In this document: positions 20,144-30,871 of the stretch, piece by piece
Numbering within the stretch: the stretch's first letter is position 1
Layout: every line of letters starts with the position of its first letter
Source: a virus
Strand: one strand, 5' to 3'
Virus record (IMG/VR): IMGVR_UViG_3300022890_000011
Span: 1 to 64,000 of that record
Length of the DNA: 64,000 bases
Position numbers and translations under genes: made by a program
The notes under the pieces: generated by a model
What the model was told of the DNA's origin: nothing
The model's input: only the letters and a program-made list of their open reading frames with translations
The model's database searches: none

Positions 20144-21748
20144 ATGATTTTGTCACAATATGTTGAAGTTAAAATTTCTAATAACCAAATCAAATATTAT
20201 ATATTGAAAGGTTATGATGTAAAAGGAAACAATGAAATACGAAAAATAAAAGTATCAGATTTACCATTAAATAGTGGTCAAAAAATAGAAGTTCAATGTG
20301 ATATATGTAGTAATAAAAAAATTATTACAATGAATAGATATCAAATAAATACCAATAATGGTGAAAAATTATATACATGTAGTAGGAAATGTGCTGAATT
20401 TAAAAATAAACAAACATGTTTAGATAATTATGGAGTTGATAACATTTCTAAATTAGAAAGTGTAAAAATTAAAAAAATTGAAACATGTTTAGATAATTAT
20501 GGAGTTGAATTTCCACAACAATCTGAAAAAATATTTGAAAAAAGTAAAAATACAAAGAAATTAAAATATAATGATGAAAATTATAATAATCTTAAAAAAA
20601 GAATTCAAACATGTTTAAATAAATATGGTTGTGTATCACCTTCACAAAATACTAATATTAAAAAGAAAATGAAAATTAATCAATTTGAATCAAACAAAGA
20701 AAAAATATTAGAAAAATATAAAGATTTAAAAATAGTCAATTTTGATAAAGATGATAAATATGTGATTGAATGTGATTGTGATCAAAACCATACTTTCAAT
20801 ATTGAGTATAAATTACTATGGCAAAGAGTAAATGCTAAAACAACTTTATGTACAGTATGCAACGAAATCGATAGAAAACAGTCTGGGTTGGAAATAAACT
20901 TAATTAATTTTATTGAAAAAAACTATAATGGAGAAATTTTAATAGGTGATAGAGATGTTATTAAACCACTAGAATTAGATATTTATCTACCAGATTTAAA
21001 ATTGGCTTTTGAATTCAATGGGTTATATTGGCATAATGAATTAAATAAAGAAAACAATTATCATTTAAATAAAACAGAAAATTGCGTTGAAAAAGACACA
21101 CAACTTATTCATATTTGGGAAGATGATTGGTTATATAAACAACATATAGTAAAGTCAATGATATTAAACAAATTAGGTAATACTCCAACTAAAATATATG
21201 CTAGAAAATGTAAAATTGAAGTCATTCAAGATAACAAATTGATAAGAAATTTTTTGGATGAAAATCACCTTCAAGGTTTTGTTGGTTCAAGTATTAAATT
21301 AGGTCTTTATTATGAAAGAAATCTTGTAAGTTTAATGACTTTTGGAAAATCAAGGAAATCAATGGGCACAACTGCAAAAGAAGGCGATTATGAATTAATA
21401 AGATTTTGTAATAAGTTAAATACCAATGTTATTGGTGGTGCTGGTAAATTATTTAAACATTTCACTAGAAATTATTCTTTTAATGAAATAACATCATATG
21501 CTGACAGATCACATTCAAACGGTAAATTGTATGAAAATTTAGGATTTGAATTTGTTTCAAAAACTAAACCTAATTATTATTACATAATAGAAGGTTTAAG
21601 AAAATATAGGTTTAGTTTTAGAAAAGATATATTAATAAAGGAAGGTTTTGATCCAAATAAAAGTGAACATGAAATAATGTTGGGTAGAGGTATTTATAGA
21701 ATATATAATAGTGGAAATCTAAAATATAAATATAAGAAAGTGATTTAA
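20144..21748 (+). CDS. Putative homing endonuclease (Zn motifs, TCLxxYGV repeats, PD-(D/E)xK domain, GNAT-like C-terminus)
   Basis: CDIC, CTVC, ELDIYLPDLKLAFEFNGLYWH, IHIWEDDW, YELIRFC, SYADRS..GKLYENLGF. Confidence 0.7.
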   Translation: MILSQYVEVKISNNQIKYYILKGYDVKGNNEIRKIKVSDLPLNSGQKIEVQCDICSNKKIITMNRYQINTNNGEKLYTCSRKCAEFKNKQTCLDNYGVDNISKLESVKIKKIETCLDNYGVEFPQQSEKIFEKSKNTKKLKYNDENYNNLKKRIQTCLNKYGCVSPSQNTNIKKKMKINQFESNKEKILEKYKDLKIVNFDKDDKYVIECDCDQNHTFNIEYKLLWQRVNAKTTLCTVCNEIDRKQSGLEINLINFIEKNYNGEILIGDRDVIKPLELDIYLPDLKLAFEFNGLYWHNELNKENNYHLNKTENCVEKDTQLIHIWEDDWLYKQHIVKSMILNKLGNTPTKIYARKCKIEVIQDNKLIRNFLDENHLQGFVGSSIKLGLYYERNLVSLMTFGKSRKSMGTTAKEGDYELIRFCNKLNTNVIGGAGKLFKHFTRNYSFNEITSYADRSHSNGKLYENLGFEFVSKTKPNYYYIIEGLRKYRFSFRKDILIKEGFDPNKSEHEIMLGRGIYRIYNSGNLKYKYKKVI

Positions 21749-23214
21749 AAATCACTTTCTAATTCTTTTAATTCTTTCTTTAATTCTTCCCATTCAGAAT
21801 GTTTTTGCATCATAATTTTCTTAAAACTTTTACGATCTGCATAAACTTCACCCATAACTTGGTTTACAACACCAATTTCATTTTTAAATACACTTCCATT
21901 TAATAAAACAATATCATCTTTTTCAATTTGTAGTTGATGACCATTAAATAACGTGTAATTTTTTCCTTTAACTTTTTGGCCTTTGTAACTATCAGCAGAT
22001 ATGTTAAATTGTCGAATTGTCATTGGATAAAGTGAGGCGAAATCATAACAACATGTCCATTTTGACATTCCTCTAACAGGTGGTAAAACAAAACCACCAG
22101 ACACACTACCTTCTTTTGCTTTACTTCCATCATCAAAATTATCATCTCTACATAGAACAATATTTTTTTGATCTTTAAGTTTATTTCTTAAAATACCTTC
22201 TGTTATAGCTAACGTAGAGAAACCATTTTGAACAGTTACTTTTGATTTGGTCGCCATCGCATAAAGAATATCAATATATTTTTGTTTTTCGTGTATTAAT
22301 TGAACTAGTACACTATCGACAACATTATAATAAATAAAATCTCTTTTATTCGTATTATATAAATGTTTAAGATCTCCTGTATATGCAACTTTACCAAACT
22401 CTTGACCTAGTATTGCTCCAGCAACAAAATCAAGTGCATTGCTTTCTTTTACTTTTACTGATGTGTCCCATTTTGCATAAAGTTCCATATAATCAACAAT
22501 AATCTTATGAGCTGGCATTTCTGAATAGTCATTTTGTTTCCATGATTCTTTTAATTTGCCTGTTAATGATGCTACTGTAGGATCTATACCGATTTTTCTC
22601 GCTCTATTTACAAGGAATACCCAGTCATAATTTATGAAATTCCATCCTGATATACAAGCCATTACTGGTACATATACTTTAAAAAAATTGAGTAAAAGTT
22701 CATATTCATTATTATAACAAATATATTTGAAACCCCATTTTTTATCAAATTTTTTCCCATATTTAACATTTAAATCATTTTCAATTGAACTTATTTCTTT
22801 TTTAGTGAGTGGGTCTATTCCCAAAACCAATGCTTTATCTTTATTAACGATTGAGATTGAAAGAATTGCTGATTCTGCTAAATGAGGTTCTGGTTTCTTA
22901 TCTAATATTTCGTTTTCTATGTCAACAAAAAATATATTTGGCTCTTTATAATCAAATAATATTGATTGGTCTTCACTGGGAAGAGAACCTAAGAAATCAT
23001 AAACAGCATATTTATTTGGATATTTTGTGTATATTTCTTTAACTGATTTACCATTCCACATTACATATTTTCCAGACTTCTCTTTATCATGGTCTGATGT
23101 TGGTATAAATTTTGTAGGTCTTCCCCACGGGAAGTATTTTAAACGGACATTACCTGCATCATTGATATAGCTACATAACAACTTCGAATTTTTAAATTCA
23201 TAGTCTATAAGCAT
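21745..23214 (-). CDS. Family-B DNA polymerase, N-terminal subunit (exonuclease + motif A) of a split polymerase
   Basis: Exo I VDIENE, Exo II GWNFINYDW, Exo III YNVVD, GGFV, motif A YDFASLYP...NIS; ends after fingers helix DRKSFKK with no KxxxNSxYG or DTDS. Confidence 0.88.
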   Translation of the reverse strand: MLIDYEFKNSKLLCSYINDAGNVRLKYFPWGRPTKFIPTSDHDKEKSGKYVMWNGKSVKEIYTKYPNKYAVYDFLGSLPSEDQSILFDYKEPNIFFVDIENEILDKKPEPHLAESAILSISIVNKDKALVLGIDPLTKKEISSIENDLNVKYGKKFDKKWGFKYICYNNEYELLLNFFKVYVPVMACISGWNFINYDWVFLVNRARKIGIDPTVASLTGKLKESWKQNDYSEMPAHKIIVDYMELYAKWDTSVKVKESNALDFVAGAILGQEFGKVAYTGDLKHLYNTNKRDFIYYNVVDSVLVQLIHEKQKYIDILYAMATKSKVTVQNGFSTLAITEGILRNKLKDQKNIVLCRDDNFDDGSKAKEGSVSGGFVLPPVRGMSKWTCCYDFASLYPMTIRQFNISADSYKGQKVKGKNYTLFNGHQLQIEKDDIVLLNGSVFKNEIGVVNQVMGEVYADRKSFKKIMMQKHSEWEELKKELKELESDF

Positions 23215-23317
23215 GTGTGTATTATTACTTTTTTTATTTTAAAAACATAGTCAATTAACATTTTTGACTTTTTAAAATTAATATATAGTAATATAAAATA
23301 AATCGAAAGTTAAGTTT

Positions 23318-24580
23318 ATGAAAAAGTTAGAAAAATTTATAGTTAAAGCCATTAATGTTCATGCTGATAAGTACGATTATAGTTTAGTAGTATATGAAAA
23401 TTCACAAAAGAAAGTTAAAATTATATGTCCTGAACATGGTATTTTCGAACAAAGACCAGCAAATCATAATCGAGGACAGGGTTGTCCTTCTTGTGCAGGT
23501 GTAAAAAGGAACACACAATCAGATTTTATATATAAAGCTTCTGAAGTACATAACAATAAATACGATTATAGTTTAGTGGAATATAAAAACAATAAAACTA
23601 AAATTAAAATTATATGCCATGAACATGGCGTTTTCGAACAGAGGCCTGATAATCATCTAAACAAAAAAACAGGATGTCCTATATGTGCCGATAACCAGTT
23701 ATATTCATCTTGTGAATATATTGAGAAAGCCAAAAAAGTACATGACAATAAATATGATTATTCTTTAGTTATTTATAAAAATGCTAAATCCATGATAAAA
23801 ATTATTTGTCCAGAACACGGCGAATTTAAACAAAAGGCATATTCACATTTAGATGGTATAGGTTGTTCTAAATGTTCAGAAAATTACAATTATTCAACAG
23901 AAGAATATATTGAAAAAGTTAAAAAAGTTCACGGTAATAAATATGATTATTCTTTAGCTGAATATAAAAACAATAAAACTAAGATTAAAATTATTTGTTC
24001 TATTCATGGTATATTTGAACAAAATCCAAAATCACATTTAAATGGACATGGTTGTCAGAAATGTTTTTTTGATGAGAACACAGACAATAAACAAGATTTT
24101 GTTAATAAGTCTAAAAACAAACACGGTAATAAATATGATTATTCTTTAGTTGAATATATAAATAGTTATACAAATGTTAAAATTATATGTCCAAATCATG
24201 GTATATTTGAACAACGACCATCAACACATACCAATGGTGGTGGTTGTTCTTTATGTAAAGAAAGTAAAGGTGAAAGGGAAGTATCTTTATATTTAGATGA
24301 TAAGAATATTAAATATGAAAGGCAAAAGATATTTGAAGATTGTAAAGATGTTAGACATTTACCTTTTGATTTTTATTTACCAAAATATAATATGTGTATA
24401 GAATATGATGGCTTACAACATTTTAAACCTATAGAATTTTTTGGTGGAGAAAAAACTTTTTTATTAACAAAGGAACATGATAGAATTAAGAATGAATATT
24501 GTGAAGATAATGGTATTAAATTAATAAGAATAAAATATAATCAAAAAATTAAAAAACAGTTAAATTTGGTCAAGAATTGA
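23318..24580 (+). CDS. Putative homing endonuclease with Zn-binding YDYS/CPxHG repeats and a C-terminal PD-(D/E)xK domain
   Basis: 5 repeats HxxKYDYS...IICPEHGxFEQ...GCxxC; LPFDFYLP...IEYDGLQH. Confidence 0.78.
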   Translation: MKKLEKFIVKAINVHADKYDYSLVVYENSQKKVKIICPEHGIFEQRPANHNRGQGCPSCAGVKRNTQSDFIYKASEVHNNKYDYSLVEYKNNKTKIKIICHEHGVFEQRPDNHLNKKTGCPICADNQLYSSCEYIEKAKKVHDNKYDYSLVIYKNAKSMIKIICPEHGEFKQKAYSHLDGIGCSKCSENYNYSTEEYIEKVKKVHGNKYDYSLAEYKNNKTKIKIICSIHGIFEQNPKSHLNGHGCQKCFFDENTDNKQDFVNKSKNKHGNKYDYSLVEYINSYTNVKIICPNHGIFEQRPSTHTNGGGCSLCKESKGEREVSLYLDDKNIKYERQKIFEDCKDVRHLPFDFYLPKYNMCIEYDGLQHFKPIEFFGGEKTFLLTKEHDRIKNEYCEDNGIKLIRIKYNQKIKKQLNLVKN

Positions 24581-24599
24581 TTGAACTTGTGATAATATT

Positions 24600-24980
24600 T
24601 CATTTTATATTTATTATCGTGCTTTTATCTGTCAATATTTTAGGTAGACCTTTTGTATTTGAGCATGTAAAAATAGCATATATTGTTTCTTTAGCTGTAA
24701 CAAAAACATATCTTAATATAAAAGGTATAATATTTCTGTTAGCTTTATCAATATTATCAAATATTATTGAATCTTCATCAGTTATTAATGAACTAGGATC
24801 TTTTGTTAATTTAGAACAATCTATTATTTGATAATCTAAACCTATTTCTTTTATAGAATTTTCTGATATTGATAATTTACCACTACCAGGTTTACCACAT
24901 ACTAGTAATGGTTGAGTGTAATCTTCTAGTCTTGTAGTAACAGGATTATTATAATTTTCAAATGTTTTTAAATGTTTCAT
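24600..24980 (-). CDS. Leader-tagged small P-loop NTPase-like protein
   Basis: MKHLKTFEN; GKPGSGK; IIFDNID. Confidence 0.65.
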   Translation of the reverse strand: MKHLKTFENYNNPVTTRLEDYTQPLLVCGKPGSGKLSISENSIKEIGLDYQIIDCSKLTKDPSSLITDEDSIIFDNIDKANRNIIPFILRYVFVTAKETIYAIFTCSNTKGLPKILTDKSTIINIK

Positions 24981-24987
24981 AGTTTAT

Positions 24988-26427
24988 TTAGTTTTCATTT
25001 GGTCCTATTAAGTCAGATTTTCTTTGGTTAGACTTAATACCAGTATTTGTTTGATCAGGTCCAGTTAAATCAGTTTTTGGTGCTTTATAACTTTGACCTT
25101 TTACATCTTTAGTATATGGTCCGCCCATATCTGATAATTTCTTAATTTGATTAACTCCTTGAGTTTTCTTTATTATATCTTGTGTAAGTTTTGCTGATTT
25201 TGCTGTATCTGTTACATCTGAAGCAACACCTTTCCCAGAACCTTTAACAGGTTTCGAAACTGATTTATTAGCAGGTCCTTGAATATTGGTTTTAGGTAAT
25301 TCTGTCTCAGTTTTGATTGGTTTATAAGCATTTGATATTTCTTTAATAGAAACAATTTTTTCTCCTTCGTGAGTATCTAAATATACATCTTTTCCATCAA
25401 TTCTATTTACAAAACCTGAAACATCACCAACTGTAACTTGTCTACCTCTTAAAATTTCTCTCGTAGGAAGAGTTCTTTTATTAGTAAAAGCATCCCAATT
25501 TTTAATTGTATTCATATTTCTCATAATATCATAATAATTATCATTATCTGTATTTTCATTTAATCCTTCAAAAGTATCACTCTCCATGTCAAATTCTCCA
25601 ATTGGCAAATCTATTAGCCTATCCTGGTCACCCTCATCAAAAGTTACAAATTTTCCACCAGAATCTTTAATTATTACATTTTTACCCATATAAGTATCAG
25701 GTAATATACCTTCGCCTTCATCTACATCTTCAATCATGATAATTAAATCATCACCATCAAGATAACAACCATCTACTATTCCTTCATATTCATTCATAAA
25801 TTGAACTACAATCGATTCAATTGAGGCATCTTCATTTACTTTTTTACTTTTTTTCTTTTTACCTTTCTTTGGGTATTTTGCAAACCATTCTGGAGAACCA
25901 AATTTAGGTTTGTCATCTTTTTTGTCATCTTTTTTATTATCAACTTCTACTTCAACTTCAACCTTTTTACCTTTTGGATTTTTTACTTCAACGTCAATTT
26001 CTTTTTTATCTTTTTTGTCTTTAACTTCGACATCAACATCTTTATCTTTGATCTTTTTTGCTTCGAATGTTGCAAATCTTTGAATTTTTTCAACCTTTTC
26101 TTTAATTGGTTGTTTCTTATCATCTGGATGTAAAATTTCTTCATTAAATTTCATTTCGTTTATTTTATTTTTAAAATTGTCAAATTTTGTGATTTTTTCA
26201 CTTACACCCTTATGTTGTGAGTGATTTGGTATATCTATTGTCATATGATCTTCAACAGAATCTACTGTTCTATCAAGTGGATTATCCATCCAAAGATCAT
26301 TAGGCATTTTTTCTTCTTTATGTTTCTCACCTTTTTTAACTTTATCAGCGATATCACCACCTTGTTTACGAATTTCATTATTAATTCGTCTTAATTGATC
26401 TATAGAAGATTGTCTCATTACTGCCAT
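24988..26427 (-). CDS. Charged low-complexity protein, possibly head-internal/core
   Basis: Internal leader-like segments KITKFDNF..INE and KIQRFATFE; TTAATATATA upstream. Confidence 0.6.
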   Translation of the reverse strand: MAVMRQSSIDQLRRINNEIRKQGGDIADKVKKGEKHKEEKMPNDLWMDNPLDRTVDSVEDHMTIDIPNHSQHKGVSEKITKFDNFKNKINEMKFNEEILHPDDKKQPIKEKVEKIQRFATFEAKKIKDKDVDVEVKDKKDKKEIDVEVKNPKGKKVEVEVEVDNKKDDKKDDKPKFGSPEWFAKYPKKGKKKKSKKVNEDASIESIVVQFMNEYEGIVDGCYLDGDDLIIMIEDVDEGEGILPDTYMGKNVIIKDSGGKFVTFDEGDQDRLIDLPIGEFDMESDTFEGLNENTDNDNYYDIMRNMNTIKNWDAFTNKRTLPTREILRGRQVTVGDVSGFVNRIDGKDVYLDTHEGEKIVSIKEISNAYKPIKTETELPKTNIQGPANKSVSKPVKGSGKGVASDVTDTAKSAKLTQDIIKKTQGVNQIKKLSDMGGPYTKDVKGQSYKAPKTDLTGPDQTNTGIKSNQRKSDLIGPNEN

Positions 26428-26505
26428 TTTAACATACTCATTATTTTATATATAATATATATTAAAAGAAAAAACCAATTTTTTAATTCAAAAAATAATT
26501 AATTT

Positions 26506-26910
26506 ATGAAAGATTTATTAGATGATATTTTTATTAAAGAACTTATTAATATTTCTGGTATTATGAATAGAATACCTAAAGATGATTGGGAACAGGTTAA
26601 TTTTATAGAAGATCTGAAAATAGATATTATTACTATAACACAGTATTATATGATTACTTTTGAAGATAGATTAAAAGATAATCCTGAATTAAAAAAAGAA
26701 AAACCTTTACTTAGATATTTAGAAAAACTTGCCTCTAAATTTAGTTTTAGTGGAAATTATATATCTGTTAATATAGAGAGTTTACTTAAAAATCCAGATA
26801 TGAGTGAAAGTAATGTAAGAAAATTATTTGGGTTTTTATTAACTTATGGTTATAGTATTTGGGATAGAACGAAACATTTAATTCAAGGTCAGGAATTGGG
26901 TTTATTTTAA
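26506..26910 (+). CDS. C-tagged hypothetical protein
   Basis: Ends IQGQELGLF. Confidence 0.7.
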   Translation: MKDLLDDIFIKELINISGIMNRIPKDDWEQVNFIEDLKIDIITITQYYMITFEDRLKDNPELKKEKPLLRYLEKLASKFSFSGNYISVNIESLLKNPDMSESNVRKLFGFLLTYGYSIWDRTKHLIQGQELGLF

Positions 26911-27719
26911 TAATTATAAATTAATATTTCTTCGCTATTTTTAGTATTCTTATTACGAGCAACTTTTTCATAATCATAATCGAAAATCTTATAATTAAAT
27001 TTTTTAATTAATTTATCAATTAAGACAGACCTTTTACCATTTTTATGTTCGCCTAAAACACCAGATAAGGCAAATGAAATACCCTTATCATTTAAATTTA
27101 TAATATATTTATATAATTTATCACCATCTTCTTTTGAGAAATAAGCATTATATCCAGCTTCAGTTTCTAAATAAGGTGGATCTAAATAAACCATTGTATT
27201 GTTGTTGGTTATTTTAATATTTTCAAAGTGAGAACTTTTGAATATTAATTTATCTTTATAAGGTCTAACATGATTTATAAATTCATTAATCTTTTTCTGA
27301 GTATTATCATTAAAACTTCTTTTACCAAATGTTTGATTAAATCCAAATTTTTTATTAAATCTCATCATGTTATTCGTGCAACACAACATCAATGCCCATA
27401 ACTTTTCAGGTGATTTGTCTTCATTATAAGAACTTCTTAATTTTAAGTAACCTTCTTTATCATCTTTATTTACTGATAATTTCTTAACATCTTCAATTAT
27501 TTTATCTGAGATGATTAAATTTTTGTGTATACCAATCAAGTCAGAAATGATATCATTAACTAATATTTTATCATATTTATCAATAATGTTTGTATATATG
27601 GAACCACCACCACAAAAAACATCTACAAAATATGATTTTGAATAATCGAATAATGGTAGGAGCTGTTCTAGGAGTTTATATTTAGAACCTGTGAAATTGT
27701 ATGGTGTGTTTATATACAT
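26907..27719 (-). CDS. dam: DNA adenine methyltransferase (Dam/D12 class)
   Basis: FTGSK, DVFCGGGS, RFNKKFGFN, YLDPPY, EILIYNY. Confidence 0.9.
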   Translation of the reverse strand: MYINTPYNFTGSKYKLLEQLLPLFDYSKSYFVDVFCGGGSIYTNIIDKYDKILVNDIISDLIGIHKNLIISDKIIEDVKKLSVNKDDKEGYLKLRSSYNEDKSPEKLWALMLCCTNNMMRFNKKFGFNQTFGKRSFNDNTQKKINEFINHVRPYKDKLIFKSSHFENIKITNNNTMVYLDPPYLETEAGYNAYFSKEDGDKLYKYIINLNDKGISFALSGVLGEHKNGKRSVLIDKLIKKFNYKIFDYDYEKVARNKNTKNSEEILIYNY

Positions 27720-28195
27720 TATAATCTATCTAATTTTCTTTTTCTATCAAATTTTTCATAATCTTTAGATAGTTCTTTATCAAAAAAATCTTTATTTATT
27801 TTTATAAGTTCTAGATCTGATTCTAATTTATTTTTGGTAAGTTCTTCTAGAACTTTAGTTTTTGCAATATCTAGGGCTTCATTTTCAAATCTTTGTAATA
27901 GATGAGATTCTATATATTCAATTATAATAGAATCTTTATCTAATTTTTCATATTTTGTATTATTATAATTATAATAATAAATATATGATTCTTTAAATAA
28001 ATAATAGTAAACTGAAAAGTGTGAGGGATCACCAACATATTTAAAAATTTCTTTATTTAGTATTTCTCTTTCATTTGAATATACTTCTGATTGAATATAG
28101 ATATCAGAACCTGTTACATCTATATAAGTGTGTTTTGAAGTATCTCCTGGATATAAGTATTTATGTAATTTTATTACCCTTTCTCTTTTTGTCAT
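27719..28195 (-). CDS. Hypothetical protein with RKxKL C-tag
   Basis: Ends DRKRKLDRL. Confidence 0.65.
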   Translation of the reverse strand: MTKRERVIKLHKYLYPGDTSKHTYIDVTGSDIYIQSEVYSNEREILNKEIFKYVGDPSHFSVYYYLFKESYIYYYNYNNTKYEKLDKDSIIIEYIESHLLQRFENEALDIAKTKVLEELTKNKLESDLELIKINKDFFDKELSKDYEKFDRKRKLDRL

Positions 28196-28731
28196 TAAAT
28201 ATAAATTGTATCAATAAAATATTTTGGATCTACATGATCTACTAACCATACACTATTTGCACTTAGATAAAATATAATACCATCTTCATACATTGATTTA
28301 GTGTCAATTTCTATTATAACAGTATTATCACCATGTCTTTGACCAACGTTTGTGGCTGTTGGTATATCATCAGATAAGTGAACATGTTGTCTACTCATTT
28401 TATTTAAACCATTTTCATATATTTTTTCGAGAAATCTACTTGATGTTCCGTGATATAATATATCAGGCGGTTCAACTTCATCCATATCAACTTCAACCCA
28501 ATCAATAGAATGTCCTTGATTAGCTCTAATTTTAGTTTTATTATCGTTAAAGTTATATCTTTGTTTATTATCTGTTGCAACTATTTCTTCAAGTTCTTCC
28601 ATTGGAATCTTACATTTCTTAAGAAGGTCTTTGACATCAACCCATCCTTTTTTATTCATGTCTAAATTTTCCGGATTATGTCGAAGTAAGTACGCTATAT
28701 ATTTACCTGTTCTAAGTGATCGTTTTTTCAT
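28195..28731 (-). CDS. kptA: RNA 2'-phosphotransferase (Tpt1/KptA)
   Basis: LLRH, KQRY, IRANQGHS, LYHGT, RQHVHLS, VWL. Confidence 0.93.
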   Translation of the reverse strand: MKKRSLRTGKYIAYLLRHNPENLDMNKKGWVDVKDLLKKCKIPMEELEEIVATDNKQRYNFNDNKTKIRANQGHSIDWVEVDMDEVEPPDILYHGTSSRFLEKIYENGLNKMSRQHVHLSDDIPTATNVGQRHGDNTVIIEIDTKSMYEDGIIFYLSANSVWLVDHVDPKYFIDTIYI

Positions 28732-28985
28732 AAGTTTTTAATTTTATCAAAAGCTTTATCTAATTTATTCCATATAAATTCATATGTTACTATAAAAGGC
28801 TTTTTTTGTATTGTTAATGTTGATGTTTTAGCTAAAGGATTATAACTATATTTTATTTTGACTCCCCATTTTTTAACTACACCTGAAGTAGAATTTAAAT
28901 CTAAATCAAATTCTTTAGCTTCTTTTAATGTAGAAGCTTTATCAATTAACTCTTTTGTTATTCCTGTGTAAACTTTAGTTTTCAT
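28728..28985 (-). CDS. Hypothetical protein
   Basis: 85-aa ORF with ATGA coupling. Confidence 0.6.
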   Translation of the reverse strand: MKTKVYTGITKELIDKASTLKEAKEFDLDLNSTSGVVKKWGVKIKYSYNPLAKTSTLTIQKKPFIVTYEFIWNKLDKAFDKIKNL

Positions 28986-29046
28986 TCTTATGTTATTTTA
29001 ATGTATAATATTTAGTAATATATAAAAATAAAATAAAATAAAAAAA

Positions 29047-29397
29047 TTATTCTTTATTTCGTATTCTTAATAATTTTATCTTTCTAGCAGCTCTTTTGTG
29101 AGCTTTTTCATTTTTCATAAATCCATTTAACCATTCATCACCTTTTTCATTACGTATTTTATCTAATTCTATATCTGTTTCAGAGCCGATTTTATCCAAT
29201 TTCATTATATATTTATCTGTAATAAATGTGTTTTCTTTATAGTTATTTTTTAAAGAATATAATTCTTCAAACAACTCATCAAATCGATAATATTCAAATT
29301 TTTCACTATATAACATATGATAATACATTATACATTCAAGATATTCTTTAATATAAAGTAAATTTTTTTCTACATCATTAAATGTGTACATATTCAT
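29047..29397 (-). CDS. Hypothetical protein with RKxKL C-tag
   Basis: Ends ARKIKLLRIRNKE. Confidence 0.6.
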   Translation of the reverse strand: MNMYTFNDVEKNLLYIKEYLECIMYYHMLYSEKFEYYRFDELFEELYSLKNNYKENTFITDKYIMKLDKIGSETDIELDKIRNEKGDEWLNGFMKNEKAHKRAARKIKLLRIRNKE

Positions 29398-29442
29398 TTT
29401 AATTTGATTTGATTTGATTTAATTTCTATATATTTTTATTAA

Positions 29443-29470
29443 AACGCCCCGTTAAATCAATAACAGGGCA
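29443..29470 (-). terminator. Possible intrinsic terminator
   Basis: Imperfect GCCCCGTTA/TAACAGGGC hairpin downstream of the 29494 stop, with a T-run on the minus strand. Confidence 0.4.
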
Positions 29471-29493
29471 TCTTTATTTAGTTTAGTAATTTT

Positions 29494-30360
29494 TTATTCT
29501 TTTTCTGTTGGTATTTCTGTTGGTATTTCAATATTAGATTCTCCTGTTACATTTGCAGTAATACTACCAGCCCATGTTATAAAATCTGTTTCAATTCTAT
29601 CTTTAACTACATTATATGCGTTATAGATCCTATTTGTATCACCGATTTTTCCTAAAACACCTACAAAGTTTTCAAATGATTTATCAATACCTTTTACTGT
29701 ATGTTTTTGTAAGAAGTGATATAACATTACAATATTTTTAATATCAATTGTTACAGTGAATTCATTTTCCATTTTGTCCATTACTCTAAATGATTGTTGC
29801 CATTTGTCTAGATACGTCTGTTTGAGATCGATTAAATTAAATACTTCATTTCCATCATATTCAATTTTACGTCTAAGAGCTATTTCCATAAAGTTATATT
29901 CATCTCTTGTAAATTTCATATCAAACATTAGATTATTAACCATATCAATATAATTATTCTTTAAAAATTGAGCGATACCATAAATTTTATCTTTTTCTCT
30001 TTCACCTTGTTCACCTTTAGTTTCTATTTCTTTGATATTATCTGAATTAACATCATATTTTTTAACAAATGCGTAGAAATTATTTTTAATTCTATCCATT
30101 TCAGATTGAAACTCTTTTTCTAAATATTCAGGACCGACTTCTAATAAAACTGTTTCAGCCTCATTCTTTTTAAGATTTACTCTTTCAGCTTTAATATTTT
30201 CAATTAATTTATAACTATCATCTAAATTAAAATCATTTTCTTCATCAGTAAAATCATTTTCTAATAATTCATCTAATGGGTCATATTCTACAAATTCAGA
30301 AACAGGTGTATCATCTACTATTTCTAGTTCTTCTATAGAAATTTTATTTTCTTCTTTCAT
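29494..30360 (-). CDS. Hypothetical acidic protein
   Basis: 288-aa ORF. Confidence 0.7.
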   Translation of the reverse strand: MKEENKISIEELEIVDDTPVSEFVEYDPLDELLENDFTDEENDFNLDDSYKLIENIKAERVNLKKNEAETVLLEVGPEYLEKEFQSEMDRIKNNFYAFVKKYDVNSDNIKEIETKGEQGEREKDKIYGIAQFLKNNYIDMVNNLMFDMKFTRDEYNFMEIALRRKIEYDGNEVFNLIDLKQTYLDKWQQSFRVMDKMENEFTVTIDIKNIVMLYHFLQKHTVKGIDKSFENFVGVLGKIGDTNRIYNAYNVVKDRIETDFITWAGSITANVTGESNIEIPTEIPTEKE

Positions 30361-30377
30361 ATTTTTATTGTATTTTT

Positions 30378-30818
30378 TTAAGATTCTTTATCTTTCTTTT
30401 GACTTTCATATTCTTTTTCAAGAATAATTGCTCTATTTACTTCTTCCCAAGTATATTTATCTATTATAGATGGGTTTGTACTAACTTTTGGTATACCAAG
30501 TTTAAATGTACCTTTATCCAGATTAAAATCAATTCTATCAATTTGAGTTTCGATTATAATTGTTTTAGCTTTATCATCTAAAGTATCAAAATATTCTTCA
30601 CTAACTTGAATCATTATATCTTTACCTATAGCAACCGAATAAGAATCGGGTATTTTAGTTAATTTTAGAAGTTGTTTAAGTTTTGAATTTGATTGATAGT
30701 AAAATTTAATATCAACAGGAAGGTTGAAATTATCAATTATTCCTTCAAAAAATTCAATAATATCACCACCTTTCACATCGTCGCCTTTTACTAATTTTTT
30801 TAAATGTTCTTTTGCCAT
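30378..30818 (-). CDS. Hypothetical protein (possible degenerate phage metallopeptidase-like fold)
   Basis: Likely start MAKEH at 30818; no intact HExxH. Confidence 0.55.
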   Translation of the reverse strand: MAKEHLKKLVKGDDVKGGDIIEFFEGIIDNFNLPVDIKFYYQSNSKLKQLLKLTKIPDSYSVAIGKDIMIQVSEEYFDTLDDKAKTIIIETQIDRIDFNLDKGTFKLGIPKVSTNPSIIDKYTWEEVNRAIILEKEYESQKKDKES

Positions 30819-30871
30819 AATTAATTTTTGGTTAATTTTAATTTTATATTTTATTCCAATAATATAGTTTA

